A stretch of DNA of 64,000 nt from a virus: positions 1 through 64,000 of IMG/VR virus record IMGVR_UViG_3300045999_010887. The stretch is one strand, 5' to 3'. Shown here one piece after another: positions 37,089 through 47,755 of the stretch. The notes under the pieces are model-generated. The model was not told the origin of the DNA. It was given only the letters and a program-made list of their open reading frames with translations, and ran no database searches. The translations under genes were made by a program, and so were the position numbers. Position 1 is the first letter of the stretch, and the number at the start of each line of letters is the position of its first letter.

Positions 37089-37343
37089 GTGGCTTGGGTT
37101 AATGCTAAAAAACGTATCGATAAGAATCGACAAAAGCTTCTGGAGTACAAGAAGACTTTGCAGTGCGAGAAGTGTGGGCTGGATGATCACCGTGTCCTTG
37201 AGTTCCACCATGTAGGTGACAAGGATAACAATATCTCAAGCATGGTAAACCATGGCTACGCCTGGAGCAGGGTAGAGCAAGAGATTGGGAAGTGTATCCC
37301 CCTCTGCTGCAACTGCCACCGACTGGAGCACTGGCAATGTTAA
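37089..37343 (+). CDS. Small HNH-like protein
   Basis: CEKCG...LEFHH...KCIPLCCNCHRLEH. Confidence 0.75.
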   Translation: MAWVNAKKRIDKNRQKLLEYKKTLQCEKCGLDDHRVLEFHHVGDKDNNISSMVNHGYAWSRVEQEIGKCIPLCCNCHRLEHWQC

Positions 37344-37367
37344 TATATTCGTAATTAAAATTTCGTA

Positions 37368-37829
37368 ATGTCAGAAAAGGTTTGCAGCGCTTGCAATGAG
37401 CTAAAACCTCTTGAAGATTTTTACAAAGAATCTCGCGTAAAAGATGGCCGCATGCGTCGATGCAAGCTTTGCCATTGTGCGGCAACGGCTAAATACAGAA
37501 CACAAAATCCACAGATTTATAGAAAAGCTAGTTTAAAACATTGGCACAACTTAAATGACAGCAAAAAACATAGTAAATGGCTCAAGCGTTATGGATTAAC
37601 AAAAGAAGAATATAAAACCCTTTTTAATAAACAGAAAGGACTTTGTTTTATCTGCAAAAAGAAATGTTGCTCTGGTCAAAACTTATCAGTTGATCATTGT
37701 CATAAAACACAAAAAGTTAGAGGGCTACTTTGCAAAAAATGCAACACAGCCCTTGGGATGCTAGACGATAATGTTGAATATTTTGAGACAGCTATTCTTT
37801 ATCTTAAGAATTACGAAGAGTCGCCTTGA
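37368..37829 (+). CDS. Endonuclease VII-family protein
   Basis: CFICK...VDHCH..VRGLLCKKCN. Confidence 0.88.
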   Translation: MSEKVCSACNELKPLEDFYKESRVKDGRMRRCKLCHCAATAKYRTQNPQIYRKASLKHWHNLNDSKKHSKWLKRYGLTKEEYKTLFNKQKGLCFICKKKCCSGQNLSVDHCHKTQKVRGLLCKKCNTALGMLDDNVEYFETAILYLKNYEESP

Positions 37830-38367
37830 TCATCCATGCAGCTTTAAATGCTTGCCCACATAAATCACTTAAATAATTTTGAATATCAATGGCACCGACT
37901 TTGGCTGCAACAGGCTCTAGCTTTTTGGTTTTCATTCCCAGCTCTTCAAGATTTTTATAGTACACAGTGAGCATATCCGTGTTCTTGTAGCTGGTAACAT
38001 GCTGGATACCTGGGCCAGCATCAGCCAAACCTCTGGCACACATGGGCATCAGGTAATCCATCGACCGAATAAATTCGGACAACGTATCAAACTGTTCCAA
38101 ATGAGCTTCGTACTGACCTTTAAGGAACCCGTGGAGACCGAGAAAGTTTGCACCTTCAATATTCAGGTGAATCAAATGGGATTGTGTCTGAAGTTCCTTG
38201 AGGTAGGAACAGAGGGAGATGCACTGCTGGATAAAGGCCCCGACATCACCATTCTTTGAGCGAGCAGGGCCTTTTGGTTTGGCCTGGGGCTCAGGAATCA
38301 CTCCATTTTGGGGTGGTTCTACCCCCATCTGGGGTGGTTGTTGAGCTTGAGGACCAGGGGTATACAT
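37804..38367 (-). CDS. Dps/ferritin-like protein
   Basis: SHLIHLNIEGANFLGLHGFL..QYE...D.LSEFIR...KAAWMIKA. Confidence 0.75.
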   Translation of the reverse strand: MYTPGPQAQQPPQMGVEPPQNGVIPEPQAKPKGPARSKNGDVGAFIQQCISLCSYLKELQTQSHLIHLNIEGANFLGLHGFLKGQYEAHLEQFDTLSEFIRSMDYLMPMCARGLADAGPGIQHVTSYKNTDMLTVYYKNLEELGMKTKKLEPVAAKVGAIDIQNYLSDLCGQAFKAAWMIKATLRNS

Positions 38368-38404
38368 GATTTTTTTGCAGTAATTCTATTTTAACGCAAA
38401 CTAA

Positions 38405-39703
38405 TTACACAATTTCAAACCAAGACAGGTCTGTATAGACCTTTGCACCACTAATAGTTGGAGCAGCAACAACAGTAAACACATCACTGACGCCAGCTTG
38501 AGTACGACCCAGCTGGAAGTTAAAGTCCCGTACATCACTCAATGAGAGTGTGCCATCAGAAACAATGTAACCACCAATAATGTCAGTGCCACCACTTACA
38601 GTTGTTGCACTGGTGTCGTATTGAACGTTACCGTTGTAGTGGGTTTGCCAGTTTGCTCCACTAAGTGTTGGGTTAAGAACTACGCGATATTGGATAATAT
38701 CTGGCTTGTTGTTTTGTGTTTGCTCAAGCGCAATGCTTAAATTGGCCGGAATAACAACACTATCCGTGCGTCCTGATGCCATGCGGATTGAAACCAGCGG
38801 ATATGTTGCGCCAGAAGAAGTAAGAGTTTTTGGTGTTGTACTGGTAGCAATGTTATAACGCCTGGTAAAACCTTCGTAGCCACCTTCCGATGCAACCGTT
38901 GCACAGATTTGTTTTGCTGTAGAACTAGATGCAGTCGTACCAAGATTTTCAATTTCTTGGCGCAGCGGCAACACCGCTGTTGTCATATAGCTTGTTGTGT
39001 TTTGATTATCGTTGTGGAAGATATGAGCAATTTCCATATGACCATCAACAATAAAACCAACGCGTACATCACCAACGCCTAGCCATTCAATATCCATCCA
39101 AAAGATATTGGCTTTAGATGGATCCAAGGTACGGGCCGACGGGCCAGCGCCGTTAAATTTATCGTAGTTCCAATCGCTTTGAGCAACGCGAGTTTCATTA
39201 ATGGAACCGCTTACATAACTACGTAGGACAAGGTTGTTTGTAGTTCCGCTTTGCTCAAAGAAGACACCGTTTTGTGTACCAAATAAACCAACACGCTGTC
39301 TTAGGTTTGTCTTGCCAGAAGCAAAAACAAACGAGGACATATTCAAGAATGATTTCCCTGGTTGATAAGGAAATACACGTGTGGTTTCTCGATAGATGTA
39401 ATCACCAGAAACAGTAGTTACATTTAAATCAACAACGCTTTGGTTGACTTGATAGGTTGTCGAAGCACTACCACCAGTAACAGTAGTCCACTTATCGTTT
39501 TCTTGATAACGGTGTTGACTATCAAAGATGGTATATAGCTGTGAAATTCGTTGCCGTCCAAATGCATCACCTGCTGTTGTTCCTGGTTGCGTGTAAACAA
39601 CAGCACCTGAGGTGGTTGAAACCTCTAAGGGACGGCCACTACAGGTTTGAACTTTATGAACATGATAAAGATTATTATCTGTGGGGTCCCGATAATTAGG
39701 CAT
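38405..39703 (-). CDS. Hypothetical beta-rich (possibly virion) protein
   Basis: 432-aa ORF, DAFGRQRIS, YQPGKS. Confidence 0.65.
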   Translation of the reverse strand: MPNYRDPTDNNLYHVHKVQTCSGRPLEVSTTSGAVVYTQPGTTAGDAFGRQRISQLYTIFDSQHRYQENDKWTTVTGGSASTTYQVNQSVVDLNVTTVSGDYIYRETTRVFPYQPGKSFLNMSSFVFASGKTNLRQRVGLFGTQNGVFFEQSGTTNNLVLRSYVSGSINETRVAQSDWNYDKFNGAGPSARTLDPSKANIFWMDIEWLGVGDVRVGFIVDGHMEIAHIFHNDNQNTTSYMTTAVLPLRQEIENLGTTASSSTAKQICATVASEGGYEGFTRRYNIATSTTPKTLTSSGATYPLVSIRMASGRTDSVVIPANLSIALEQTQNNKPDIIQYRVVLNPTLSGANWQTHYNGNVQYDTSATTVSGGTDIIGGYIVSDGTLSLSDVRDFNFQLGRTQAGVSDVFTVVAAPTISGAKVYTDLSWFEIV

Positions 39704-39750
39704 TTGCTTTTAGCTACGTAATATTATTTTAGGTTCAATATATTTGACAT

Positions 39751-39778
39751 AAAAAAGCAGTGACCTAACGGCCACTGC
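39751..39778 (-). terminator. Intrinsic terminator
   Basis: GCAGTG..CACTGC plus T6 on the - strand. Confidence 0.7.
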
Positions 39779-39796
39779 AAATACATATCAATGTAA

Positions 39797-41185
39797 TTAA
39801 TCGTTATTTACTGTTTGTAGTAGTTTGAGTAACACTTTATTTTCATCCGCATTTTTTTGGTAATACTGCCAGTTGTCATAGACTACCTCTAGTAACACTT
39901 CAAAGAATTCATTACCATTCAAAACGTTAGTGTCAACAAATTCACTGACGGTATCAGCTAGGTATTCCCGCAGGCGTTCTTTTGCTTTTGCTTTGGACTC
40001 TTGGAAAAAGTCCGACCATTTATCTGTGGGTGCTTTTAGAACATTAGCTTCTGGTTTGAAGTTTGCTTTGATGTAATCAGAAGTTGCTTTGTCAGATTCA
40101 CGCCGCATTTTGGTAGTACCAAATTCCTCAAAGGCTTCTTTGTAAAGGACATCAAGATTGTCTAGTTGGTTGCTCTGTGCCAAGGTAGGAAGCAAGATCT
40201 GTAACAGCTTGATGATAGCCTTGCAACCACTCGTCGGAAACCTGTTGTTTACATTTGGGATTATTTCTATCTGTTACGTAACAGATGTAAGTAACATCAA
40301 GGTGCCTAAGCGCAGCTACAGCATGTTGCTCATTCATAAAAAAAGGGATACTTAATCTTTAAGCATCCCTTTATTCTAAGTTGTAATAAAAGTTACATTC
40401 TTAAGAAAGAATAACTTCTTGTCCTTCAAACTTGCCCGCTTCCAGGTCTTTAACAAATTCAACACGCCGGAAGTATTCATCCCGGCAATAAGGACCTGCT
40501 TCTGTCAGGCAAAAGTTTTGCCACAGCCCAGTGTATAGACCATTGGTACGAGCAGAGCACTGGTACATATGTTCCATAAAGTCTGCTTTCTTTTGCTCAG
40601 CAGTAACGTTCCAGTTCCGAAGCTGCTCTTTTAGCCAGGGCGTATCAAAAGCACCTGCAGTGCGGAGTTTTTTGGCAAGGTCGTCAGTCATTGAAGTTAA
40701 CGGCTGTTGTAGAAGTATAGACACCTTTGACGCTGGGGCTGAGCTCAAATAACAAATCATCAAGATCGTCTTGAAGAGCCTCTGCAATTTCTTCGGCAGT
40801 CTTGCCGCCAAAGGAATTGTATTCAACGTCAATGTCAACCGCAAAAGATACGGTTAACCTTGGCACAACAACAGGTTCCATTTAATCCAAAGAAGACCTC
40901 AATACTGTAGCAGTAATTTTATTGAGTTCAGAGGAGTCGCTCTAATGATTGGAACTTGACACTTTCGTAATAACCAAGGCGTTCTTGAATTAGGTTGTAA
41001 TAATTAATAGCAGCATCAACCATTTCTTCTGCATCCATAGAAGATGCAAGGTTTTCATTTGCAAGCATGGATGCTGTCAAGATAATGACACCATGTTCCA
41101 TTTTGGAACCAGTGATTGCAGCTAACGGCGTTCCATCATTGGTAAACCCAGCAATCAATTTATTTAAGACTGGATCACCGCCCAT
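39797..41185 (-). CDS. Five small hypothetical ORFs (39797-40195, 40152-40337, 40401-~40690, 40684-40881, 40928-41185)
   Basis: Co-oriented ORFs; terminator-like hairpin at 40338-40372. Confidence 0.55.
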
Positions 41186-41241
41186 AAAACTTTATTGTTT
41201 TACTTAGTTTAACCTATCATAAACTTATAAATAAAAGAAAA

Positions 41242-42135
41242 ATGTTTGATAAAGCAAAGGCTTTACTTGCTACTTTAGCTGCTAAACGACACAAAGAAGT
41301 TGTAGGCCAAGGCGCTTTTGGTGTTGTATATGCAGACGCTCCTGGAACAGTCGTTAAAAAAATTGCAGGTGAAACACCAGAAAAAATTTTAAACGAAATT
41401 AATTTACAAGCAAAAGCAGCAGAGCTTAACATTGCACCAACTTTAAAAACAGCTCAAATAAATCCGTCTGGACCTGATGTTGGTGGATCAATTACGATGC
41501 AAGATTTAAGAAAAAACTATGTTCGTTTAGGTGAGCCTGTTGCTGATATGCCTTATCCCCGTGAAGGTGTTGTAGAAATTGCTGGTGAAGGATACAATTC
41601 TTATGACCCAAGTTTGAATAGCGCGCAAATAACTCAAGCAAAAGTAAATACACATAAACAATTGGCTCAGCTTGCTTTAAATAATGTAATGCTTGAAGAC
41701 AGGCATGTTGGAAATATTTTTGTAAACAAAATGAGCAATAGACCAATGCAGATTGATTTTGGTTTAGCAACTGAGATTAAAACACCTAGTCAAAAAGCTG
41801 GTGCTTTGGCGTACCATGTTGGGAATGGTTTGAATGCAGCAGGTTTAAACGAAGAAGCCAGACTGTTTAGTCAACTTGTTAATGAGGTAGGTCAGTTTAA
41901 TATTATGACAAATGCATACGACAATCCAGAAGCAGCACTGGATATGGCTAAACAAGGTTTGTCACGCCTTCAAAAAATCAAAACACCTCAAATAGAACAA
42001 ATTTCTGCTGTAAGACAAAAAGAATTAGAGAGCATGAGAAAAACATCTTTACTTTTGGAACAAACTCCTGCGCAACAAAGGCTTAATACTTTTGGAGAGC
42101 CAATAGAAAAGGGGTACTATGGTACCCCTGTCTAG
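41242..42135 (+). CDS. Protein kinase-like protein
   Basis: GQGAFGVVY, VVKK, E, DRHVGN, IDFG. Confidence 0.8.
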   Translation: MFDKAKALLATLAAKRHKEVVGQGAFGVVYADAPGTVVKKIAGETPEKILNEINLQAKAAELNIAPTLKTAQINPSGPDVGGSITMQDLRKNYVRLGEPVADMPYPREGVVEIAGEGYNSYDPSLNSAQITQAKVNTHKQLAQLALNNVMLEDRHVGNIFVNKMSNRPMQIDFGLATEIKTPSQKAGALAYHVGNGLNAAGLNEEARLFSQLVNEVGQFNIMTNAYDNPEAALDMAKQGLSRLQKIKTPQIEQISAVRQKELESMRKTSLLLEQTPAQQRLNTFGEPIEKGYYGTPV

Positions 42136-42138
42136 GTT

Positions 42139-42489
42139 TTACTTAGCTGTTTTTTCCCGTTGTAACCAATACCAATAGGCGTGACGTGCGTTCTGATGAA
42201 AGCGTTTACCTGAAAGAAGTTTTAGTTTGCGTTCTTCCATTTCATCAAGCTTTGATTCTTGATAAGCAAGGATTTCGCGCCCTTCTTCGCTAAGCATGTT
42301 GATTTCAATGTCAAGCATGTCAATCTGCATTTGGAAGTCATCAACAGATTGTTGATGACAACACATCAAAATATGTGCGTCTTCCAGGTCAGTTGGTGAC
42401 GTCAGGTTCTTGTAGAAGCTCTCCGAAATATTCGGGTGCTTGTGCTTCCATCCGTTTGGTAGAGAAGAGCCGGTTTTTTCGGACTGCAT
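42139..42489 (-). CDS. Hypothetical protein (start uncertain)
   Basis: 3' part of ORF 42139..42759. Confidence 0.45.
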   Translation of the reverse strand: MQSEKTGSSLPNGWKHKHPNISESFYKNLTSPTDLEDAHILMCCHQQSVDDFQMQIDMLDIEINMLSEEGREILAYQESKLDEMEERKLKLLSGKRFHQNARHAYWYWLQREKTAK

Positions 42490-43102
42490 ATTGTTGTTCA
42501 ACTTTGACTCCGGTCGGTAGGTGTTCACCGTTTTGGTAAGCGTTGCGGATTGCATCAAGGTTTGGGAGGGTTTCAATTTTTGTTTTAGGTTCTGTTCTAT
42601 CGGATAGAACTTCTCCTGACATTGAACGTACCACAGTTCTTTTGGTTGTGGTGACTTCTTGCTCGATACAGTACTTGCTTCTCTCTTCAGTGTGCCAAAA
42701 CTCCGGATCCGATGTGATTTCGACCGTAAGTTCCTTCTTCTTAGAGAGGACAAACTCATAGTTTTTGCCTTGGATTCGATTGGAGTCCAGCGGCAAGGAC
42801 CGCCTCAGCCAACCTAGCAAGTTCTTAAGTTGGTTGAGTTGTGCCTCATGGTGGCGTTTGGCCTGAGCAATTAGATCTCCTTCCTTTTTAATGCGCTCCA
42901 GGGCATCTTCATGGGCAGCCAACGCGTAATAAATACGATCAATTTTTTCAGACCGTAGGTTGGCGCAACTTTCCAGCTCGGCTTTTGCCAGCTCTTGGGA
43001 CTCAGGAGTAAGGAGAGGAAGAGAGCGTTCCAGGGCACCATAGTGCTCGTATAACTTGATGATGTTTAGATCTTCAAGTTTAGTTTGAGTGATGTGAGTC
43101 AT
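42389..43102 (-). CDS. Siphovirus Gp157-like protein
   Basis: EKIDRIYY, coiled coil, PNLDAIRNAYQNGEHLPTGVKV. Confidence 0.65.
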   Translation of the reverse strand: MTHITQTKLEDLNIIKLYEHYGALERSLPLLTPESQELAKAELESCANLRSEKIDRIYYALAAHEDALERIKKEGDLIAQAKRHHEAQLNQLKNLLGWLRRSLPLDSNRIQGKNYEFVLSKKKELTVEITSDPEFWHTEERSKYCIEQEVTTTKRTVVRSMSGEVLSDRTEPKTKIETLPNLDAIRNAYQNGEHLPTGVKVEQQYAVRKNRLFSTKRMEAQAPEYFGELLQEPDVTN

Positions 43103-43104
43103 GA

Positions 43105-43224
43105 TCAGATGGTGTTGAATTGAGATTGAATTTTGTTGATTGCATAGGTCAGCAGCATGCCTGCTGCTGCCCAAAGAAGATCTTTAACAACCGGAAGTAC
43201 GGCAGCAAACAACGATTCAAACAT
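43105..43224 (-). CDS. 39-aa membrane peptide (not in ORF track)
   Basis: MFESLFAAVLPVVKDLLWAAAGMLLTYAINKIQSQFNTI*. Confidence 0.55.
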   Translation of the reverse strand: MFESLFAAVLPVVKDLLWAAAGMLLTYAINKIQSQFNTI

Positions 43225-43243
43225 GAGTTGAGATGAGATGGGA

Positions 43244-43271
43244 TGGTCAGTTTACCGTCATGACCAGGACG
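43244..43271 (-). ncRNA. Family A pseudoknot, copy 1
   Basis: CGTC-CTGGTCAT-GACG-GTAAAC-TGACCA. Confidence 0.7.
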
Positions 43272-43290
43272 CCCACACCCCCGTGGGACG

Positions 43291-44060
43291 TCAGTCTACC
43301 AGGTCTGTCAAGCTTTTAGTAGCAATGGTAACAAACTGATTGATGTAATCAGTCAAGGCTTCAACCTTAGCATTGACCACTTTGATCTCCTCCATCAACT
43401 CTTCCCTGGAAGGGCTCAAACCAAAGATGTCATTGTCTTTGAGTGCCTCTGGGTTGTTAGCTTTTTGATACATGCGGCAATCATTGTTGGTTGCATAGAC
43501 AGTTTCTTGATATATTTCAGAAACTGTTTTGAAATCAACATTGCCAACTCCCTCGGCTGAAAGGAGGTTGCAGGTATCAAGGTAAAGCCTGGCAGCAAAC
43601 CTGACATTGTCTTTGAAAAACTTCACATACTGTTCAGAAGGAAGTCCGTAGGTGTCAATCGACATAACAATCCAAAGCTTCTCGGAGTGCATTAATCATA
43701 AAGGTTTCTTGGCCTTCTGGACCAAGGTCAGTCCACCATTGAAGATCAGGATCGTTTTCGTCCCATTCAATATGAATGGTCATGGAACCATCCTCCTCAT
43801 CAATGCAATTAATTTGCAACTTGTTAATTGAACTGGGATTCAAGCCGATCGAGGCCAGATTCAACATGTCCAATAAGGATGTGTTCTGCATAGGTTTCGC
43901 AATCAGTTTTGATCTCTGCACCAAGCTTAACGAGACCCCAGTAGGTGTCTTCGTCAAGCTCTAGATCTAATTTGAATTTACCGTTTGAAAGCATCATTGT
44001 TTTTAAAGGTGGTTTTGCAATAAGCGATAACGCATACTCACGTAACTCGTCAGGCATCAT
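43291..44060 (-). CDS. Three small hypothetical ORFs
   Basis: 43291-~43668, 43655-~43870, 43824-~44060. Confidence 0.5.
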
Positions 44061-44998
44061 TGCTTTTTAAGTGCAGCCTTGAGTTGTGGCAGTGCAGTAC
44101 CAGGAAATGGAACGTAGCCCGCCTCCATCATATTGAAGAACAAATCCCATGCATCATGCTGCGTAAAGATTTCCTTAGGTTTGTAGGTACGCCAATGCGT
44201 CAGCGGAGCTTGTGCCCCTGAGTTGGTATATAACAATACAAAACGACCGTCACTAATGTGATCAACGGGTGGTGCATACCACCAGGCCACACACTTCTCA
44301 GGCGTACCACTGGGGCTGGCATTCCGTACATCAGTGCGCTTGCACAGCAGTTCCCTGTACTTGTTGAACCAAGTCAGGTGGATACACCAGGGCTTGAAGC
44401 CTTGGATCTCGGACGCAAAGTCAGATAGGTTGCTGAGCTGACGCTGATACGACCCACACGAACACCAAGGTTCACCCATGACAGGCTCGGACTGGTCAGC
44501 TTCCATGTCGCTGTCAAGGTCAATGGGCCGATTTGGAAGCCGCAATCCGTCTGGTGCAACCAGATGTCCAAGATCCGTTTGGTCGGACTGAAGGAGATGG
44601 AGGACTTTGTTGGTGTCTGATACATGTATAAATTTGTCAGCCCAATGCGCCTGGAGCTTTGCATTTGAGGTCAGGTGTCCGAGTGCATGCGTGTAGTTCC
44701 AGCCCTTAAAAAGAATGTAAGCATTGTTATGCCATACACTAGGGCCACGGTAATTGGGACCAAGGTAAGAAAAGAAGTCTTCGAGACGATTGGTGTAGGT
44801 TTGGAAATGAGCTTTGATTAATGTCCGTTCGTAGATTTGCTCAGTGCCATCATGACACACCACAACACAATGATCGCCTCGCAGATAAATGCCAGCGATT
44901 GCGGTGTCATCAAAGTCCGGGTAAGCACGCCGGATACTGGAACGAGAGTAGATAAGAGCCTGCGCCGAGTTGAGCTCGGTCTGCGCCTGGATCGACAT
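44057..44998 (-). CDS. SWIM Zn-finger protein
   Basis: WCSCGSY...WCIHL. Confidence 0.65.
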   Translation of the reverse strand: MSIQAQTELNSAQALIYSRSSIRRAYPDFDDTAIAGIYLRGDHCVVVCHDGTEQIYERTLIKAHFQTYTNRLEDFFSYLGPNYRGPSVWHNNAYILFKGWNYTHALGHLTSNAKLQAHWADKFIHVSDTNKVLHLLQSDQTDLGHLVAPDGLRLPNRPIDLDSDMEADQSEPVMGEPWCSCGSYQRQLSNLSDFASEIQGFKPWCIHLTWFNKYRELLCKRTDVRNASPSGTPEKCVAWWYAPPVDHISDGRFVLLYTNSGAQAPLTHWRTYKPKEIFTQHDAWDLFFNMMEAGYVPFPGTALPQLKAALKKQ

Positions 44999-45323
44999 GA
45001 AGTTGAGTTGGGTTGAGTGGGATTGGAATCAGACGTGCCAGAAGGACGTGTCCTCTTCTTTTTGATCCGACTTGATCTTAGCATTGGCCTTGGCGTGTTT
45101 GTACGCAGCCTTGCCCATGCGATAGGTGCCGTAAAGAACAGCAGCCCAGCACACGGGGTTCCCAATGATAGAGGCAACAACAGCACTAGCAGCAAATGTT
45201 GCTCCTGCTGTTTTGATTGCCGACTTTTCTTCAGGGTTCATGTCAGAGATTCTTAACACAAATGGAAAGTTGTGCGTAATAAATGTTTAAGTAAGTAGAC
45301 TTGTTGTAACAAATAAATACAAA

Positions 45324-45584
45324 ATGGACGAAATTAAATACGTACCTTTAACCAAATTTCAAATTGAACCAACGCTTGACGATAAATTCTGGGAAGAAAA
45401 AGTCAAACGTTCAATTCAAGATTGTAATTCAGTCAGTACATTAAAGGAAATAGCGATCCTCTTAGCGAGGATCGCTACCCAACGTCAAGGTGTGATTCGT
45501 GGGTTAGTTCAAGACATGTTCATCTTCAACAATGTTGCAGTTGAACCAGATGGCTTGACTAACCCTGACGTCACCTCACAGTGA
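45324..45584 (+). CDS. Second NblA-like protein (divergent)
   Basis: EPTLDDKFWEEKVKRSIQDCNSVSTLKEIAILL..., two-helix NblA-like pattern. Confidence 0.4.
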   Translation: MDEIKYVPLTKFQIEPTLDDKFWEEKVKRSIQDCNSVSTLKEIAILLARIATQRQGVIRGLVQDMFIFNNVAVEPDGLTNPDVTSQ

Positions 45585-46592
45585 ATCGTCTTCACCAGTT
45601 AGGGGATCACGAGAAGGCAGGGCCTTTACGTCAACCGCATCTGTGGTACGAGACACAGGCAGGATCTCGACGCCTTGCTTGATGCCATAGGCACCACCAA
45701 GCTTTTCAGCATCCTGACGTGCATGTTGATTGATGTAATCGCTGAACATTTCCTGGAACTTCCAGGTTGATTCACGATCTTCATCAGGAATCGACATGCG
45801 GCTCAGCGATTCGATGGCGGCATCTTGGTCGCTGTAATCAGGGATGTCAAAAGATTCAATTGCGCAGATCTCAACGTTGTTGGCTCCACGCATTTCGTTG
45901 GCAAGTACCGGAGCAAATACGGTAGTGGCGTAGAACTTTTCATTGAATGCAAGAGGCACTTCAGAATCCAGTGCCTTGCTCAGGCACTTAGACATTTCCT
46001 TCTCATACAGCTTGACCTTATCGGACACATCGGTGCCATTCAGACCTTTGAGGGTAAGGACCATCGGGATCTTGTGAGCACGCTTGTTGTCCTCAGTCAC
46101 GATGTAGATGAGGTACTTGGTGCGTACGCTGTACTTACGCTTGTACATTTCGCCCTTGCTGTTAGCAAGGTCGGCAGCAATCTTGTCGGCATCAAACAAT
46201 TCCTTGACCTCTGGATGCTCAAAGGTACCAATCGTTTGACGCATCCCTGTGGTTTCTTCAACCATCAAGGGAGAACGCAGCAGGATTTGAATGCGTGGCT
46301 CAGTGAAGTTCAGGCCTTCTTCAACAGAAGTGTTGGGTGCCATACCAAAGGTTTGCTTGTAATCCCAGATGACGGAACCTTTAGCAAACTGATCTTCGGT
46401 TGCAGTCCAACCACAGGTATCAAGATCTGATTTACGGATGAACCATCCGCGTACTTTTGACTTGTTGAGAGGTTGAATTGTGACGAGGTTCTGGTAGCCA
46501 GATACAAATTCTTTAGACTGGAACATCCGGAAGGAGTCAAGTCCGCGAGCAGCAAGCGCAGCAGTTTTCTTGGTGGTCATGGAAGAGGTCAT
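45576..46592 (-). CDS. Cyanobacterial DUF5895-like protein
   Basis: EEGLNFTEPRIQIL.RSPL, RTKYLIY...H.IPM.L..KG; next to SSB. Confidence 0.55.
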   Translation of the reverse strand: MTSSMTTKKTAALAARGLDSFRMFQSKEFVSGYQNLVTIQPLNKSKVRGWFIRKSDLDTCGWTATEDQFAKGSVIWDYKQTFGMAPNTSVEEGLNFTEPRIQILLRSPLMVEETTGMRQTIGTFEHPEVKELFDADKIAADLANSKGEMYKRKYSVRTKYLIYIVTEDNKRAHKIPMVLTLKGLNGTDVSDKVKLYEKEMSKCLSKALDSEVPLAFNEKFYATTVFAPVLANEMRGANNVEICAIESFDIPDYSDQDAAIESLSRMSIPDEDRESTWKFQEMFSDYINQHARQDAEKLGGAYGIKQGVEILPVSRTTDAVDVKALPSRDPLTGEDDSL

Positions 46593-46612
46593 GGTGTGTT
46601 CGTAGTCAGGAG

Positions 46613-46640
46613 TGAGCAGTTTAACGTCATGCTTAGGACG
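46613..46640 (-). ncRNA. Family A pseudoknot, copy 2
   Basis: CGTC-CTAAGCAT-GACG-TTAAAC-TGCTCA. Confidence 0.7.
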
Positions 46641-46645
46641 TGAGG

Positions 46646-46888
46646 CTATTCTGCTTTAGGTTTGTCCCATTCCATCACGTACTGCTGGGTACGTAATAAA
46701 TCGAAATATGCCGCAGAAGATTCTTTCATGCATTCATAAATAGTACTTTCCATGTAGCCACAACCCTTGAGGAAATCCACAACGTGGGTGACTACATCGT
46801 CAGCAACTAATGCTTTGAATTCATAAAGAAGTTTGGTGTTCTCATCCTCGTAAAGCAGGGTGAATTGATCGTGAGTTGGTGTTGACAT
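46646..46888 (-). CDS. Hypothetical protein
   Basis: FLKGCGY motif. Confidence 0.6.
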   Translation of the reverse strand: MSTPTHDQFTLLYEDENTKLLYEFKALVADDVVTHVVDFLKGCGYMESTIYECMKESSAAYFDLLRTQQYVMEWDKPKAE

Positions 46889-47703
46889 CAGAAGGGTACT
46901 TCGTCGAGTTCAGGTGCATTGCCGTAGTGACCAGGCAGATCAGGCAGTCCACCACCAGAGGCAGCGTTCCAAGGATCCGCTGGCTCCTCAGCAGTGCGGC
47001 CACCCCAAAGCGGTGCGACCTTATCGGAGTTAGCCACTACAGTCTGAGGGCGAATCGATTGATTGGCTGTGTCGCCTGTCACCTTTGGCGCCAAGGTCAT
47101 GGACACCAGTTGAATCTTGGTGACTTGACGGCGCTGATTACTTTCTTTATCTTGCCAGGCATCGGTGACTAGACGACCATTGATCGTTAAGCCTGTCCCT
47201 TTACGCGTGAAATCAAGTAAGAGCTGAGCATTGTTCAGCTTGTCTTGATGGGAATTAATAGCGTAAAAATTAAAGAGATCTGCTTGATTGCGTCCGGTAT
47301 TAACGGAAAGCGTTTGATTGCAGATCATCAGACCATCTGCCGTTGTCTTAAAGGCGCGTGTGTCATCCTGCTGGATGTCTTTAACGCAACGACCACTAAG
47401 AATGATTGTGTTTAGGATCGGAAACGATTCCGTGACCGTGGTAATGACGCCACCATGGAGCGAGTGGGTGCGTGTCTCCAGGTCATAGCGCAGCTTGGCG
47501 CCATGAATGTAGATCAACGAGTTCTTTGCAGTGCGTGCAAAACGCTCAGAGTTTTTGCCATAGACGTTGAGTTCAATTGGAGTTGCTGCCTTGTTACCAA
47601 CAGGTGGCAGCAAGACATTGCAACGCAGGGCGTAAGACGTTGCAGAGATGGATACCTCACGGGGTTCCTCTGTGGTTTGGGCACAGACAAAAGCTTGGTT
47701 CAT
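46888..47703 (-). CDS. ssb: Single-stranded DNA-binding protein (two OB folds)
   Basis: LSGRCVKD, KGTGLTINGRLVTDAWQDKE, acidic tail LDEVPF. Confidence 0.85.
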   Translation of the reverse strand: MNQAFVCAQTTEEPREVSISATSYALRCNVLLPPVGNKAATPIELNVYGKNSERFARTAKNSLIYIHGAKLRYDLETRTHSLHGGVITTVTESFPILNTIILSGRCVKDIQQDDTRAFKTTADGLMICNQTLSVNTGRNQADLFNFYAINSHQDKLNNAQLLLDFTRKGTGLTINGRLVTDAWQDKESNQRRQVTKIQLVSMTLAPKVTGDTANQSIRPQTVVANSDKVAPLWGGRTAEEPADPWNAASGGGLPDLPGHYGNAPELDEVPF

Positions 47704-47725
47704 GTGATGCCAAAAGGTTGTGTGA

Positions 47726-47755
47726 GAGGCAGTTTAACGTCTTACCTCAAGGACG
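47726..47755 (-). ncRNA. Family A pseudoknot, copy 3
   Basis: CGTC-CTTGAGGTAA-GACG-TTAAAC-TGCCTC. Confidence 0.7.

Noticed and set aside
46613-46640. Family A as pistol ribozymes or preQ1-I riboswitches
   Set aside because: Shares a stem-UUAAA look with pistol but lacks P2/P3 and the cleavage strand; lacks the preQ1 conserved loop and A-rich tail.
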